Positions 33,363 to 43,364 of a stretch of 64,000 bases of DNA are shown piece by piece (the stretch's first letter is position 1; every line of letters begins with the position of its first letter). The stretch lies in NCBI GenBank assembly GCA_963812605.1, contig CAWEWF010000001.1, positions 256,001 to 320,000 on the forward strand, in the 5' to 3' direction. Source of the stretch: an uncultured Verrucomicrobiae bacterium. Its GTDB lineage: Bacteria; Verrucomicrobiota; Verrucomicrobiia; Palsa-1439. Both the position numbers and the translations under genes were made by a program. The notes under the pieces were generated by a model. The model saw nothing but the letters and a program-made list of their open reading frames with translations. It had not been told where the DNA came from and did not search any database.

Positions 33363-35232
33363 ATGGCCGCGCTCTCACCCGCTCTGATTTCCGCCAACGG
33401 ATTGGCCCTGGCCTACGGGGCGGCGCCGTTGTTGGAAGAGGTCACGTTGTCCATTGCGCCCGGTGAGAAGGTTGGGTTGGTCGGGCGCAATGGGTGCGGG
33501 AAGACGAGCTTGTTGAAAATTCTGGCGGGCGAAGTGACCGCGGATGCCGGGGAGATTTCGCGGCGGCGCGGGTTGCGGGTCGGTTATCTGCCGCAGGAAT
33601 TTGAACTCGATGGCAGCCGAACGGTGCAACAGAACATCGAAGCCGGCGCGGCGGACCTGTTGGACTGGATTGCGCGGTACGAGGCGGGCACCGGCGGTGA
33701 CGACGAGTTGGCGGAACTACTGCACCAGATCGAGGGGGCGGACGGCTGGAACCTGTCCTCGCGGATCAACGCCAGCACCACCGCGCTGGGCGCGCCGCCG
33801 CTGGAGGCGCTGGTCGGCCCGCTTTCCGGCGGCGAGAAACGGCGCGTGGCGCTGTGCCGGGCGCTGGCGGCGCAACCGGACCTGCTGCTTGTTGGACGAA
33901 CCGACCAATCATCTCGACGCGGAATCGATCCGCTGGCTTGAAGAATTTCTCCAGCGGTTTTCGGGCGCGGTGATTTTTGTGACGCACGACCGGTATTTTC
34001 TCGATGTTATTGCCACGCGGATCATCGAACTCGACGGCGGCCGGTGCTACTCGCATCCCGGCAACTACACGGCGTACCTGGAATCGAAAGCGATCCGGCA
34101 ACAGATCGCCGAGCAGTCGGAACGCCGCCGCCAGCGGTTTCTGCGGATTGAATTGGAATGGGTGCGCGCGGGTGTGCGGGCGCAACGGTCGAAATCGCAC
34201 CACCGGCTGGACGCGTTCTACCAGGTGGCCGGGCTGGAAGCGCCGCCGGAAGAACGCGAGATGGATTTGCTGATTCCGCCGGCGCCGAAACTGGGCAACA
34301 TCGCCGTGGATGTCGAGGAAGCCGGCGCGAAGGTGGGCGAACGCTGGCTCTTCCGCAACCTGACGTTCCAGTTGAAGCCCGGGCAATGCACCGGTGTGGT
34401 GGGACGCAACGGCGTTGGCAAGACCACGCTGCTGCGTCTCTGTCTCGGTGAGCGTGCGCCCGACGCGGGCAGCGTGGTTATCGGGAAAAAGGTGGTGTTC
34501 AATTACATCGACCAGGCGCGAATGCAGTTGACGGACACGAACACGGTGTTGAGCGAGGTGGCGGGTGGCAGCGACATGGTGGTGTTTGGCGGCCAGACGA
34601 TGAGCGCGCGGAGTTATTTGCGGCGGTTTCTGTTTGCCGACGACCGGATGAACGAGCCCGTGGAGCATCTCTCCGGCGGCGAACGCGCCCGGCTGATGCT
34701 GGCGAAGGTGCTAAAACGCGGCGGGAACGTGATCGTGCTCGACGAACCGACCAACGACCTCGATTTGCCCAGCCTGCGGATGTTGGAGGAAGCACTGGCG
34801 GATTTTGAGGGCAGCGTGCTCGTGGTCAGTCATGACCGGTATTTTCTCGACCGGATCTGCGACCAGATCGTGGCGTTTGAGGACGGCGGCGTGTTCGTCC
34901 AGCCCGGCAACTACTCGTATTACCTGGAGAAACGCCAGCAGCGCGAGCGGACGCCGGTGCGGGTCACGGAACCGATCGCGGTTGCAACTCAAGCGCCGCG
35001 TCCCCGCAAGCTGAACTTCAAGGAGCAACGCGAACTGGAAGGCATGGAAGCCGCGGTGTTGGCCGCCGAAACGCGCATCACCGACCTGGAGCAAACCTTG
35101 AACGAGCCCGGGTTTTACGTCACCCGCGCGAAGGAAGCGCCGGGTCTCGTTGCCGAACTCGCCGCCGCCAAGGACGAAGTGTCCCGTCTCTATGCCCGCT
35201 GGGCGGAATTGGATCAGGTCGGTCAGCCTTGA
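33363..35232 (+). CDS. ABC-F family ATP-binding protein (Uup-like), frameshift near 33890
   Basis: Two ABC cassettes (GRNGCGKT, GRNGVGKT; LSGGE; DEPTN) and a C-terminal 'KL.FKEQREL' coiled coil. Confidence 0.9.
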
Positions 35233-35257
35233 AATTCTAGCTAGACTAGCCAGAATT
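35233..35257. promoter_or_regulatory. Inverted-repeat operator upstream of the TA operon
   Basis: AATTCTAGCTAG-A-CTAGCCAGAATT (11/12 IR), 20 bp upstream of the antitoxin ATG. Confidence 0.7.
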
Positions 35258-35277
35258 CTTGTGGTATATGTTCGTAC

Positions 35278-35520
35278 ATGAAGGCTGTCTGGCAATTGCA
35301 GGAAGCGAAGAACCATCTGAGTGAACTGGTGGATCGAGCCGTTCGCGACGGCGCGCAGACCATTACCCGCCATGGACGACCGGTCGCCGTGGTTCTGGCT
35401 GCCAAGGCTTACGACAAACTTCAGCCGCGGAAAAAGATCGTGGACGTGTTGCGAGCCTGCCCGGACCAGGGGTTGACGGTCGAGCGACTGCGCGACAAAC
35501 CACGCTCTCTCGAGTTCTGA
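35278..35520 (+). CDS. Phd/YefM family antitoxin
   Basis: 'WQLQEAKNHLSELV..A...G.QTITRHGRPVAVV'. Confidence 0.93.
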   Translation: MKAVWQLQEAKNHLSELVDRAVRDGAQTITRHGRPVAVVLAAKAYDKLQPRKKIVDVLRACPDQGLTVERLRDKPRSLEF

Positions 35521-35543
35521 GCGGCGCGGACGCGAAAGTCAGC

Positions 35544-35954
35544 ATGAGCTACCTGGTCGACGCGAACGTGCTCTCTGAGGCCACCCATCGACAGCCCGAC
35601 GCGAAAGTTTTGACCTGGCTGGAACGTCACGATGCCGAGTTGCACGTCTCGACGTTGACCCTTGCCGAAATCGTCAAGGGCATTCATTTACTTGCTCACG
35701 GTAAAAAGCGGCGTGAATTGGAGGCATGGTTCGAGGAACTGGTGGCCAGTTTCGCCGGTCGTATCCTACCGGTGGACGAGTCTGTGGCCCGCGCGTGGGG
35801 CGCGTTCTACGCGAAGCACCAGCGCCGGGGACGGCTTCTCTCCTCATTCGACAGCCTCCTTGCGGCCACGGCACTGGTACACGGGCTGACGCTCGCCACG
35901 CGCAATGCCGGCGACTTCCCGGACGATGTGTCCGTGATAAATCCGTGGCAATAA
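35544..35954 (+). CDS. vapC: VapC-family PIN domain toxin
   Basis: 'YLVDANVLSE', 'AEI..G', 'DSLLAATA..HGLTLATRN..DF', 'NPW'. Confidence 0.93.
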   Translation: MSYLVDANVLSEATHRQPDAKVLTWLERHDAELHVSTLTLAEIVKGIHLLAHGKKRRELEAWFEELVASFAGRILPVDESVARAWGAFYAKHQRRGRLLSSFDSLLAATALVHGLTLATRNAGDFPDDVSVINPWQ

Positions 35955-36025
35955 GTGAGCCCAACCATAAGAGCGCGGTAAGTGATCGACGCGATCCTTG
36001 TGTGGTAGAATGCGATCGATTTGCC

Positions 36026-37645
36026 ATGACTGATTTATCCCAGGAAATTGCGCGGCGGCGGACATTTGCGATCATCTCGCATCCGGATGCCGGCAAGACG
36101 ACATTGACGGAGAAACTGCTGCTTTATGGCGGGGCGGTGCAACTGGCCGGTTCGGTCACCCAGCGCAAACAGCAGCGCGCCACGACCTCCGACTGGATGG
36201 AACTGGAACGGCAACGCGGGATTTCGATCAGTTCGACCGTGTTGCAGTTTGAGTACGAGAATTATTACATCAATCTCCTCGACACGCCGGGCCACCAGGA
36301 TTTCTCCGAGGACACCTACCGGGTCCTCACCGCGGTCGATGCCGCGGTGATGGTCATCGATGCCGGCAAAGGCATCGAACCCCAGACGCGCAAGTTGTTC
36401 GCCGTGTGCCGGCAGCGCGGCGTCCCGATTTTCACCTTCATGAACAAGCTCGACCGGCCCGCGCGCGAGCCACTGGCCTTGCTCGATGAGTTGGAGAACG
36501 TGCTCGGCATCCACGCCAGCGCGATGAACTGGCCGCTGGGCAACGGCGTGGCGTTCAAGGGCGTCTTCGACCGCGTGCGCCGGCAGGTGCATCTCTTCGA
36601 GCGCACGGCGGGCGGCATGTACCGCGCGCCGGTCAGCGTGCGCGACCTGGCGGACCCGCAGGTGCGCGCGGTGTTGAGCGAAAAGGATTACGAACAGGTT
36701 TGCCACGAACTGGAGTTGCTCGACGGCGCGGGCGCGGTGTTCGACGCCGCGGCGGTGGGGGCGGGCCGGCTTACCCCGGTATTTTTCGGCAGCGCGGTGA
36801 ACAACTTCGGCGTGCAGTTGCTGCTGGACGACTTTCTGGAGCACGCCCCGGCGCCGACGCCACGGCGTTCGGGGGAGAACTGGATTACCCCGGAGACGGC
36901 GGCGTTCTCGGGATTCATCTTCAAAATCCAGGCGAATATGGACCCGCGCCACCGTGACCGGGTCGCTTTTGTGCGGATTGTGTCCGGCAAGTTCGAGCGG
37001 GACATGATGGCGATCCATACGCGGACTGGCAAGAAAGTGCGGCTCGGCAGTTCGCACAAACTTTTCGGGCGCGAGCGCGAAACGGTGAACGTCGCCTATC
37101 CCGGCGATGTCATCGGACTGGTGGGCCACGACGAGTTCGGCATCGGCGACACGCTCAGCACCGACCCGGCAATTCAATACGACGAAATTCCGCAGTTCAC
37201 CCCCGAGTGTTTTGCCTACCTGCGCAACCCGTCGCCCGCGCATTTCAAGCGGTTCCGCGCGGGACTCAGCCAGCTCCTGCAAGAACGGGTGGTCCAGCAT
37301 TTCGAGTTGCCGGATGCGGCGGAGAAAGTGCCGTTGCTGGCGGCCGTGGGGCCGTTGCAATTCGAGGTGGTGCAGTTCCGTTTGGAATCGGAGTACGGCG
37401 CCGCCTCGCGGTTGGAAGAGGTGCCGTGGAAAACGTTGCGATGGATTTCCCCGGCGGTTTCCGCTGAAGCGCTGGCGGCGGCGACGATCCCGACGGGGGT
37501 GCGCGTGGCGCTCGACAGCGCCCGGCGGCGAGCCCTGTTGTTTCCGAGCGAGTGGACGTGCGATTATTTTGTGCAGAAGAACCCGACGATCCCGATTTCT
37601 GCGTTGCCCTTCCGCGAGATGGCCAGCGGAACGACACCAGCTTGA
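36026..37645 (+). CDS. prfC: Peptide chain release factor 3
   Basis: 'RRRTFAIISHPDAGKTTLTEKLLL', 'DTPGHQDFSEDTYR', 'FKIQANMDP.HRDR'. Confidence 0.98.
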   Translation: MTDLSQEIARRRTFAIISHPDAGKTTLTEKLLLYGGAVQLAGSVTQRKQQRATTSDWMELERQRGISISSTVLQFEYENYYINLLDTPGHQDFSEDTYRVLTAVDAAVMVIDAGKGIEPQTRKLFAVCRQRGVPIFTFMNKLDRPAREPLALLDELENVLGIHASAMNWPLGNGVAFKGVFDRVRRQVHLFERTAGGMYRAPVSVRDLADPQVRAVLSEKDYEQVCHELELLDGAGAVFDAAAVGAGRLTPVFFGSAVNNFGVQLLLDDFLEHAPAPTPRRSGENWITPETAAFSGFIFKIQANMDPRHRDRVAFVRIVSGKFERDMMAIHTRTGKKVRLGSSHKLFGRERETVNVAYPGDVIGLVGHDEFGIGDTLSTDPAIQYDEIPQFTPECFAYLRNPSPAHFKRFRAGLSQLLQERVVQHFELPDAAEKVPLLAAVGPLQFEVVQFRLESEYGAASRLEEVPWKTLRWISPAVSAEALAAATIPTGVRVALDSARRRALLFPSEWTCDYFVQKNPTIPISALPFREMASGTTPA

Positions 37646-37650
37646 GATTC

Positions 37651-38799
37651 ATGAAGATCCGCTTGCTCGGCATTTTCCTGCTGCTCACGATTACCGGACT
37701 GGCGGCCGAGCCGCGTTCCCCCGCGGTAATCGCCACGGGGTTCATCAACGAGCACGCGCCGTATCCGCAGTGCCATGCCTCGACCCTCGTCGAGGTGGCG
37801 CCCGGGAAACTGGTCGCGGCGTGGTTTGGCGGCATGCGCGAAGGCGCGCCCGACGTTGGCATCTGGTTGGCGCGGCAGGAAGAGGGACGCTGGCTCGATG
37901 CGGTCGAAGTGGCCAACGGCGCGCAGCCGGATGGCACGCGCCTGCCGACGTGGAATCCCGTGCTGTTCCGGCCGAAAGACGGTTCGCTGGTGTTGTTCTA
38001 CAAGGTCGGACCTTCGCCGAGCGCATGGTGGGGAATGATGATGACTTCCGTCGATGGCGGGAAAACCTGGAACAAACCCGTGCGGTTGCCCGCGGGCGTG
38101 CTCGGGCCAATCAAGAACAAACCGGTGCTTTTGGCCGACGGCACGTGGCTGTGCCCATCAAGCACCGAAAGCGACAAAGCCAGCTGGCAGGTGCATTTTG
38201 AACTCACACATGATGCGGGCCGCACTTGGGAGGTCGCTGGGCCAATTGAAAAGGGAAACAAATTATTGGATGCGATCCAGCCGACCGTGCTCTTTCATCG
38301 CGATGGCCGGTTGCAGGCCCTTTGCCGCACGCGCAATGGTGTCATCGCTACCATGTGGTCGAGTGACGGCGGAAAAAAGTGGAGCCCATTGGAGGCGGTC
38401 GGTTTGCCCAACCCGAATTCCGGCATCGACGCCGTCACGCTGGCCGACGGCCGCCAATTGCTGGTTTACAATCACTCCGCGCCGCCTCCGGATCGTCCCA
38501 CAAAGGGCGCCCGCTACCCGCTCGACGTGGCGATCTCTTCTGATGGCGTGAAATGGCAGCACGTTCTCACGCTCGAGGACGTGCCGAATGATAATGGTTA
38601 TGCCTATCCCGCCGTCATCCAAACGTCCGACGGCCTGGTGCACATCACCTACACGTGGAACCGCCAGCATATCAAGTACGTGGTGCTTGATCCGAAACAA
38701 CTCGTAGCGGGGGGAGAACCGACACGTTCCAAGACGGAGTTTGCCACCGAGTTGGGCCGGTATGCTTTCAAATCGCGGCTCATCCCACAAGCGCGTTGA
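37651..38799 (+). CDS. Secreted sialidase-like BNR (Asp-box) repeat protein
   Basis: Signal peptide; 'CHAST', Asp boxes S.DGGKTW, 'PNPNSGID', 'YAYP'. Confidence 0.9.
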   Translation: MKIRLLGIFLLLTITGLAAEPRSPAVIATGFINEHAPYPQCHASTLVEVAPGKLVAAWFGGMREGAPDVGIWLARQEEGRWLDAVEVANGAQPDGTRLPTWNPVLFRPKDGSLVLFYKVGPSPSAWWGMMMTSVDGGKTWNKPVRLPAGVLGPIKNKPVLLADGTWLCPSSTESDKASWQVHFELTHDAGRTWEVAGPIEKGNKLLDAIQPTVLFHRDGRLQALCRTRNGVIATMWSSDGGKKWSPLEAVGLPNPNSGIDAVTLADGRQLLVYNHSAPPPDRPTKGARYPLDVAISSDGVKWQHVLTLEDVPNDNGYAYPAVIQTSDGLVHITYTWNRQHIKYVVLDPKQLVAGGEPTRSKTEFATELGRYAFKSRLIPQAR

Positions 38800-38837
38800 G
38801 TGCGGACTGGGAAGGATATGACAAACGCCAACGTCAA

Positions 38838-38865
38838 TTGCTTTTTCCTATAGGTCAGCTATAAT
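38838..38865 (+). promoter_or_regulatory. Sigma70-type promoter upstream of the FRG gene
   Basis: TTGCTT (38838-38843), 16 bp spacer, TATAAT (38860-38865). Confidence 0.6.
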
Positions 38866-38925
38866 CGAAACTCGCAGGCAGTTTAGCGCCACGGCGCGCC
38901 GAGATGCCGCAAAAACAGAACGACC

Positions 38926-39741
38926 ATGCCAACGCCCACACCGCGTCGCCGTCGAGAAATTGCCAGAAGGTATCGTGACTGCCCCATTGATTGTCCTAGG
39001 CACTTCGATACGGAGATTGCTCGGTTGAGCGACTTTTTCAGTGTATTCCAGTCGCTCCTTGGACCTGGGAAAATTTTCTGGTTTCGAGGTCACGACAACA
39101 TGACGTACGAGTTGTCCCCCTCCGCACTTCGGTATGACACTGAACAAGAGCGAAACAAGGCCCTTGGGCTTGTGGCCGATATGAAGCGATTCTTGGGTAT
39201 GAAACTACTGCGACCCCCGGGACCGAATGACCATCTGGGCTGGCTGCAGGTAGCCCAACACAATGGACTCCCCACTCGACTTTTGGACTGGACGCAGAAT
39301 GCAGCCGTCGCACTCTTTTTCGCTTGCTGGAGGAAATCGGCGAAGAGACGGTCTCGTCGTTATTCTGGATCCGACCGAATTGAACCAGCGTGTAGATCCG
39401 AAAGATCCTCGCATTTTTGACAGTGAACGCGACTCTGCAGTTATTGAGCCGTACTTTGCCCTAGGGGAAAAATTAACCCGGGAGGCAAGCGCACGATCGC
39501 GTTGAATCCGACTTGGAACACCGACCGCATCGCTTTGCAGCAGGGGTACTTCACGCTCCATGGAAGTCGCCGCTTCCAGTTGGACAGAAAGCAAGCCAGT
39601 CCACTCTTGTATGTCCCGATTCTTCGCGAACACAAACCGGCACTTCTGAGTGAACTGGAGCGCGTCGGCATCGGCGAGATGTTTATCTTTCCAGAGCCCG
39701 AACACGTCTGTAGCCATCTACGGAGACTCGCCCAACTCTAA
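38926..39741 (+). CDS. FRG domain protein (frameshifted)
   Basis: 'WFRGH....Y.L.PS..R', 'AQHNGLPTRLLDWT.N..VALFFA', then 'RI..Q.G.FT' and 'L.R.GI....IFPE' in following frames. Confidence 0.9.
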
Positions 39742-39748
39742 GGTACCT

Positions 39749-40910
39749 ATGGCAGATTACATTCCATTCCTCACCAGTCAAGCGGCGCTCAAACTCGTGA
39801 GAAACATTTATCACGACGCAGAAGTTGTGCATGTGCCCCTAGAGGCGGCAGCGAAGCTAATCCCAACTCCCGGCTCAATGAAACTATGGCTTGACTCTGG
39901 CGTAGATGGTTTCGACGACATTGCAAGTCGTCAGATGAATTCCCCTTGGTACCAACTCATCGCAAGTCCTCGTTTCGAATATCGCCAGCTCCGGATTCCT
40001 TAGTAAGTATAATAAAAATCAGGTCAAACAATTTGTCGAAGCGCTTCTGGATCAATGTAAGTCCTACAAACCAGCTTGGATTACCGTACCGCAGACTCCC
40101 TTTTGTGAACAACTCGACGCGGAACAAAATTAATCGCGCCCTCGCCCAAGCATCTGGCCAGTGGAAGAGTTCACGCAGCTTTTCTGGGCGGCTTATTCTT
40201 CCCATGGTCTTTACAAACCAAAATCAAGTTAATGGAAAGACCCACGCAATCCCAAGGTCGAGCAGGCCGCACGCTGTTACCATGAGGCACAAGCAGACGG
40301 TTTCTGGGTGGTGGACGCAAGCCTCGAAGATGACAGCGGTTCGAAGACGCTTCGCAATACACGATTTCCCGAGTTAGTCGCTCTACATCAAGAACTCAAT
40401 GACAAAATCCCATCCAAAATCAGGATCGGGGGCCCATACTGGGCAATGAATCTTGTTCTCTGGGCCAGAGGCCTTGTGGACCATCCGGCCATCGGCGTGG
40501 GAGGTGCTTACCGGTACAATTTGTCCGGTGGTCAAGCTAACACCCCCATTGTTCGCCTTGCGGTCAGCCCCTTGCGTCGCCGGGCTACCGTTCCGCAACT
40601 AAAGCCTTGGCTGGACCAAGCCCTTAAGATCTCAGGCCCTGGGCATCCTGCACACGCAGAGATCGACACACTCCGAAAAAATTTCGCACTTCTTAGCAAT
40701 CCGGAATCGGCTAGACAACAAGTAGCTACGTTTTACAAGCAGTGGTTCGATTCGCTCGCAGCGACACCGCGACTTGGTCGCTCGCTCGCACTCTTTCAGG
40801 ATCTCTCAACTGCTTTTGCTCTTGGCCGGTCACTACCAGACTTTTCAGGGGGAGGAACGTCACGAAGGCCGGAATCCGTGGTGGAACCACTAATGCTCAA
40901 CTGCCTTTAG
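39749..40910 (+). CDS. Hypothetical ~385-aa alpha/beta (TIM-barrel-like) protein, possibly beta-protein/sce7725-like (about three frameshifts)
   Basis: ATG 8 bp after the FRG stop; joining frames gives 'KLWLDSGVDG..WITVPQLP..RLILP..ADGFWVVD..RIGGPYW'; family assignment is tentative. Confidence 0.55.
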
Positions 40911-41582
40911 GTGCGTCCTCCAAAACTTTTCGATACAGTAGAATTGGACAACATTATCTAGCATCGACGGCGGTTGTTGCGAGCGAATCAGAATATCACA
41001 TGACGACGGCGTGACCGCTAGTATACCTACGCCATCATTCAAAAATGCCTCCCATCGACTAGGCTTGTCGGCGACTCGACTGGCTAATTGTTCGGGGAGG
41101 GCGACGTATGATTCATTGGCGAATGCAAGATTGTTTCGTGCTTGCCACAATGCCTCTTCGACCCGCTTTAGTTTTAGCTCAACCGCCATCAGTCGCTTGT
41201 GCAATGGCATCCAGCCGTTTAATCTTTGAAGTCGGTCGCCCGATAAGCGCTGAATGAAACGATCAGTTACCAAGCGCTGAGTTTCTTGAAAAACAACGTC
41301 GCGAGGAATAATTGAAGCGCACTCTCGTGCCAACCGTTGCAGCGTAATAGACGCATGCGTGGCGGCATCCGGAATGCGATGTAAAAGTGCTGCACGCCTC
41401 ATCGAATTGATTGCACGCGTTTGACGGAGTTTTTGTCTGCGCTTGACGTTGCCTTTCCTAAAGCCTACGCCAACAAGATCGCACATTCCCCATGGCGTGA
41501 TAAACTCCGATTTGACGGCCAGATTCAACGATTGCATCCACTGCAAAACCGGCTTCATCATGTTAGCTTCGGCCTTGAACAT
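40890..41582 (-). CDS. PD-(D/E)xK nuclease-fold protein (MmcB/sce7726-like) with a helical insertion
   Basis: 'E..M', 'EF..PWG.CDLV', 'AVELKL....AL.QA..N..FA..SYVA', 'GVGIL.V'. Confidence 0.7.
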   Translation of the reverse strand: MFKAEANMMKPVLQWMQSLNLAVKSEFITPWGMCDLVGVGFRKGNVKRRQKLRQTRAINSMRRAALLHRIPDAATHASITLQRLARECASIIPRDVVFQETQRLVTDRFIQRLSGDRLQRLNGWMPLHKRLMAVELKLKRVEEALWQARNNLAFANESYVALPEQLASRVADKPSRWEAFLNDGVGILAVTPSSCDILIRSQQPPSMLDNVVQFYCIEKFWRTHLKAVEH

Positions 41583-41828
41583 TCATTTACCTCCTCTTAA
41601 TGAATGACGCTGCGCTTTGGACCGCAATTTTCTATGCCCATTTATTTCCGGGAGATCTCCCTGCTTCACCATTGCCTCAAGTGTTCGAGATACGACCCGC
41701 TCTGCCGCGTCTGCAGGATTTTTTCCATAAAAACCCTTCGCCACCAATCTCTCTAGGTAGGCATTTACCTGCGGAGTTGTTGAAATTGTAAGGGGGACTG
41801 TTCCGACACTGTTTTTCTTCCTAGGCAT
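41583..41828 (-). CDS. Small ribbon-helix-helix-like regulator/antitoxin
   Basis: 81 aa; strand 'LTIST', helix, 'G.YG.NPADAA' turn-helix; its stop abuts the ATG of the nuclease gene. Confidence 0.7.
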   Translation of the reverse strand: MPRKKNSVGTVPLTISTTPQVNAYLERLVAKGFYGKNPADAAERVVSRTLEAMVKQGDLPEINGHRKLRSKAQRHSLRGGK

Positions 41829-41846
41829 AACAATGACATTATAATG
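41826..41846 (-). promoter_or_regulatory. Possible -10 box and autoregulatory operator of the RHH gene
   Basis: Palindrome CATTATAATG (41837-41846) contains TATAAT about 10 nt before the ATG; related CATAACAATG copy at 41826-41835. Confidence 0.5.
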
Positions 41847-42077
41847 GCTTACTTATCAGAATAACGCAACGCAATTCTGCTATATTGTTGAGCTATTCCA
41901 GTCTAAATTGTGGGTCCCGGTAGCTCGTGTCGAGACAAGTCAGATGGCAAACACGAGAACAACAGAAATCCTTCGACAAACTCAAGATGACGAATTGGAG
42001 AATTAGGCGGGAGCCGAGCGGAATTCTCGCTTAGGGCGACTCTGTGCTCTTTGTGTAGGTTCTGTGGTAGACAGGCA

Positions 42078-42540
42078 AGACCCTTCGCTTCGCTCAGGGT
42101 GACAACTGAATCGGGGTAGATGGCCATGCCGATTTGGGAATCGAGGCAGCGCACCCACCCCTTTATCCCCTCCGAGGAGGGGAACTTGCCGGACCGGCGC
42201 CTCGACAGAGCGAGGCGACTACACCGAATGGCCGCACGTTTATCGTAAAGCGATATTTTGCTGGACAGGGTGCGGCGGGATGGGTATGATCAATGTGTGA
42301 ATTATGAATTGGAGTGCAGCGGCGGCAAACAGAACGGCGCCCCCTTCGGTCCGACGCAGGGCAGGTGCCGAGCGCCGCTACAGCGGACTGGCAACGGTGA
42401 CGACGTCAGGGGAGTAGAGGTCGTAAAAACATGTGTTTCTGCGAAACGAACCGGATTGGCCTACGCGAAATTACGAGTGGATGTGACAGCGCGGCAGGGA
42501 CTTATGGCGCGCGCGCGAATTTTTACAATCGGGTTCGTTT
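42078..42540. repeat. Cluster of REP-like hairpins and inverted repeats
   Basis: ACCCT-N11-AGGGT-GACA (42080-42104); TCCCCTCC-GA-GGAGGGGA (42166-42183); GTAG-type REP on the minus strand (42198-42222); CGGCGC...GCGCCGCTACA (42335-42382); 13/14 IR at 42444-42457 / 42527-42540. Confidence 0.65.
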
Positions 42541-42752
42541 TTTTTGGATGTAAGACTCGGATGCGGACGAAGAAAGAATGCGAACGGGAGTCGCGACGGT
42601 GACGACCCTTCCGCATTCAACGGAGAGCGGACAGATTCAACAGGCGAGACGGCTGTTCAACGCGGGACGGGGTCAGGAACTTTGGCATTGCTTTGAAAAC
42701 AGACGGAGGCGCAGTATTCGGTTGCACAGCGACGAACCAAGTGAGGCGAATT

Positions 42753-43352
42753 ATGCAGAAGCGGATTATTGTCGGAATGCTGGCGATCATGACGTTGGTA
42801 CAGGGTTGTGGGTACAACCGCCTGGTCAGCCTGCAGCAAGAGGTGGATAAGCAGTGGGCGCAGGTGCAGAATGTGTATCAGCGCCGGGCGGACCTGATCC
42901 CGAACCTGGTCGCGACCGTGTCGGGTTCGGCGAATTTCGAGAAGTCGACGCTGGTGGCGATCACCGAAGCGCGCGCGTCGGTGGGCAAGATCGACGCGAG
43001 CCAGGTGGCGAACGATCCCGCCAAATTTGCCGAGTTCGAGAAGGCGCAGGGGGCACTGGGCAGCGCGCTTTCGCGATTGCTGGTGGTGGCGGAGAATTAT
43101 CCGCAGTTGAAATCGAGCGCGAACTTCCTGGAACTGCAGGCGCAATTGGAGGGCACGGAGAACCGCATTTCCGTCGAGCGCGGCCGGTACAATGACGTGG
43201 TGCAACAATACAACACGGCCATCAAGCGCTTCCCGACGATGATTTACGCGGGACATTTTGGATTCAAGGAGAAGCCATATTTCACGGCCACGGCCGGCGC
43301 GGAAGTTGCGCCCAAGGTTGATTTCGGTTCTCAGGGAACATCCGCGAAGTAA
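42753..43352 (+). CDS. lemA: LemA family protein
   Basis: 'YQRRADLIPNLV.TV', 'ENYPQLKS', 'LEGTENRI.V.R..YN'. Confidence 0.95.
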   Translation: MQKRIIVGMLAIMTLVQGCGYNRLVSLQQEVDKQWAQVQNVYQRRADLIPNLVATVSGSANFEKSTLVAITEARASVGKIDASQVANDPAKFAEFEKAQGALGSALSRLLVVAENYPQLKSSANFLELQAQLEGTENRISVERGRYNDVVQQYNTAIKRFPTMIYAGHFGFKEKPYFTATAGAEVAPKVDFGSQGTSAK

Positions 43353-43364
43353 AGGCTGATCTTG

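Noticed and set aside
30940-33900. Programmed frameshifting or phase variation in the SNF2 and ABC-F genes
   Set aside because: There are multiple indels per gene, mostly outside slippery or repeat tracts; sequencing error is more parsimonious.
35726-36025. 100-aa N-terminal extension of RF3
   Set aside because: It overlaps vapC; the conserved RF3 start is at 36026.
39749-40910. TGT/DpdA-type base-modification enzyme suggested by the 'LDSG' motif
   Set aside because: No DSGG motif, Zn-binding cysteines or que/dpd neighbours; kept only as TIM-barrel-like.
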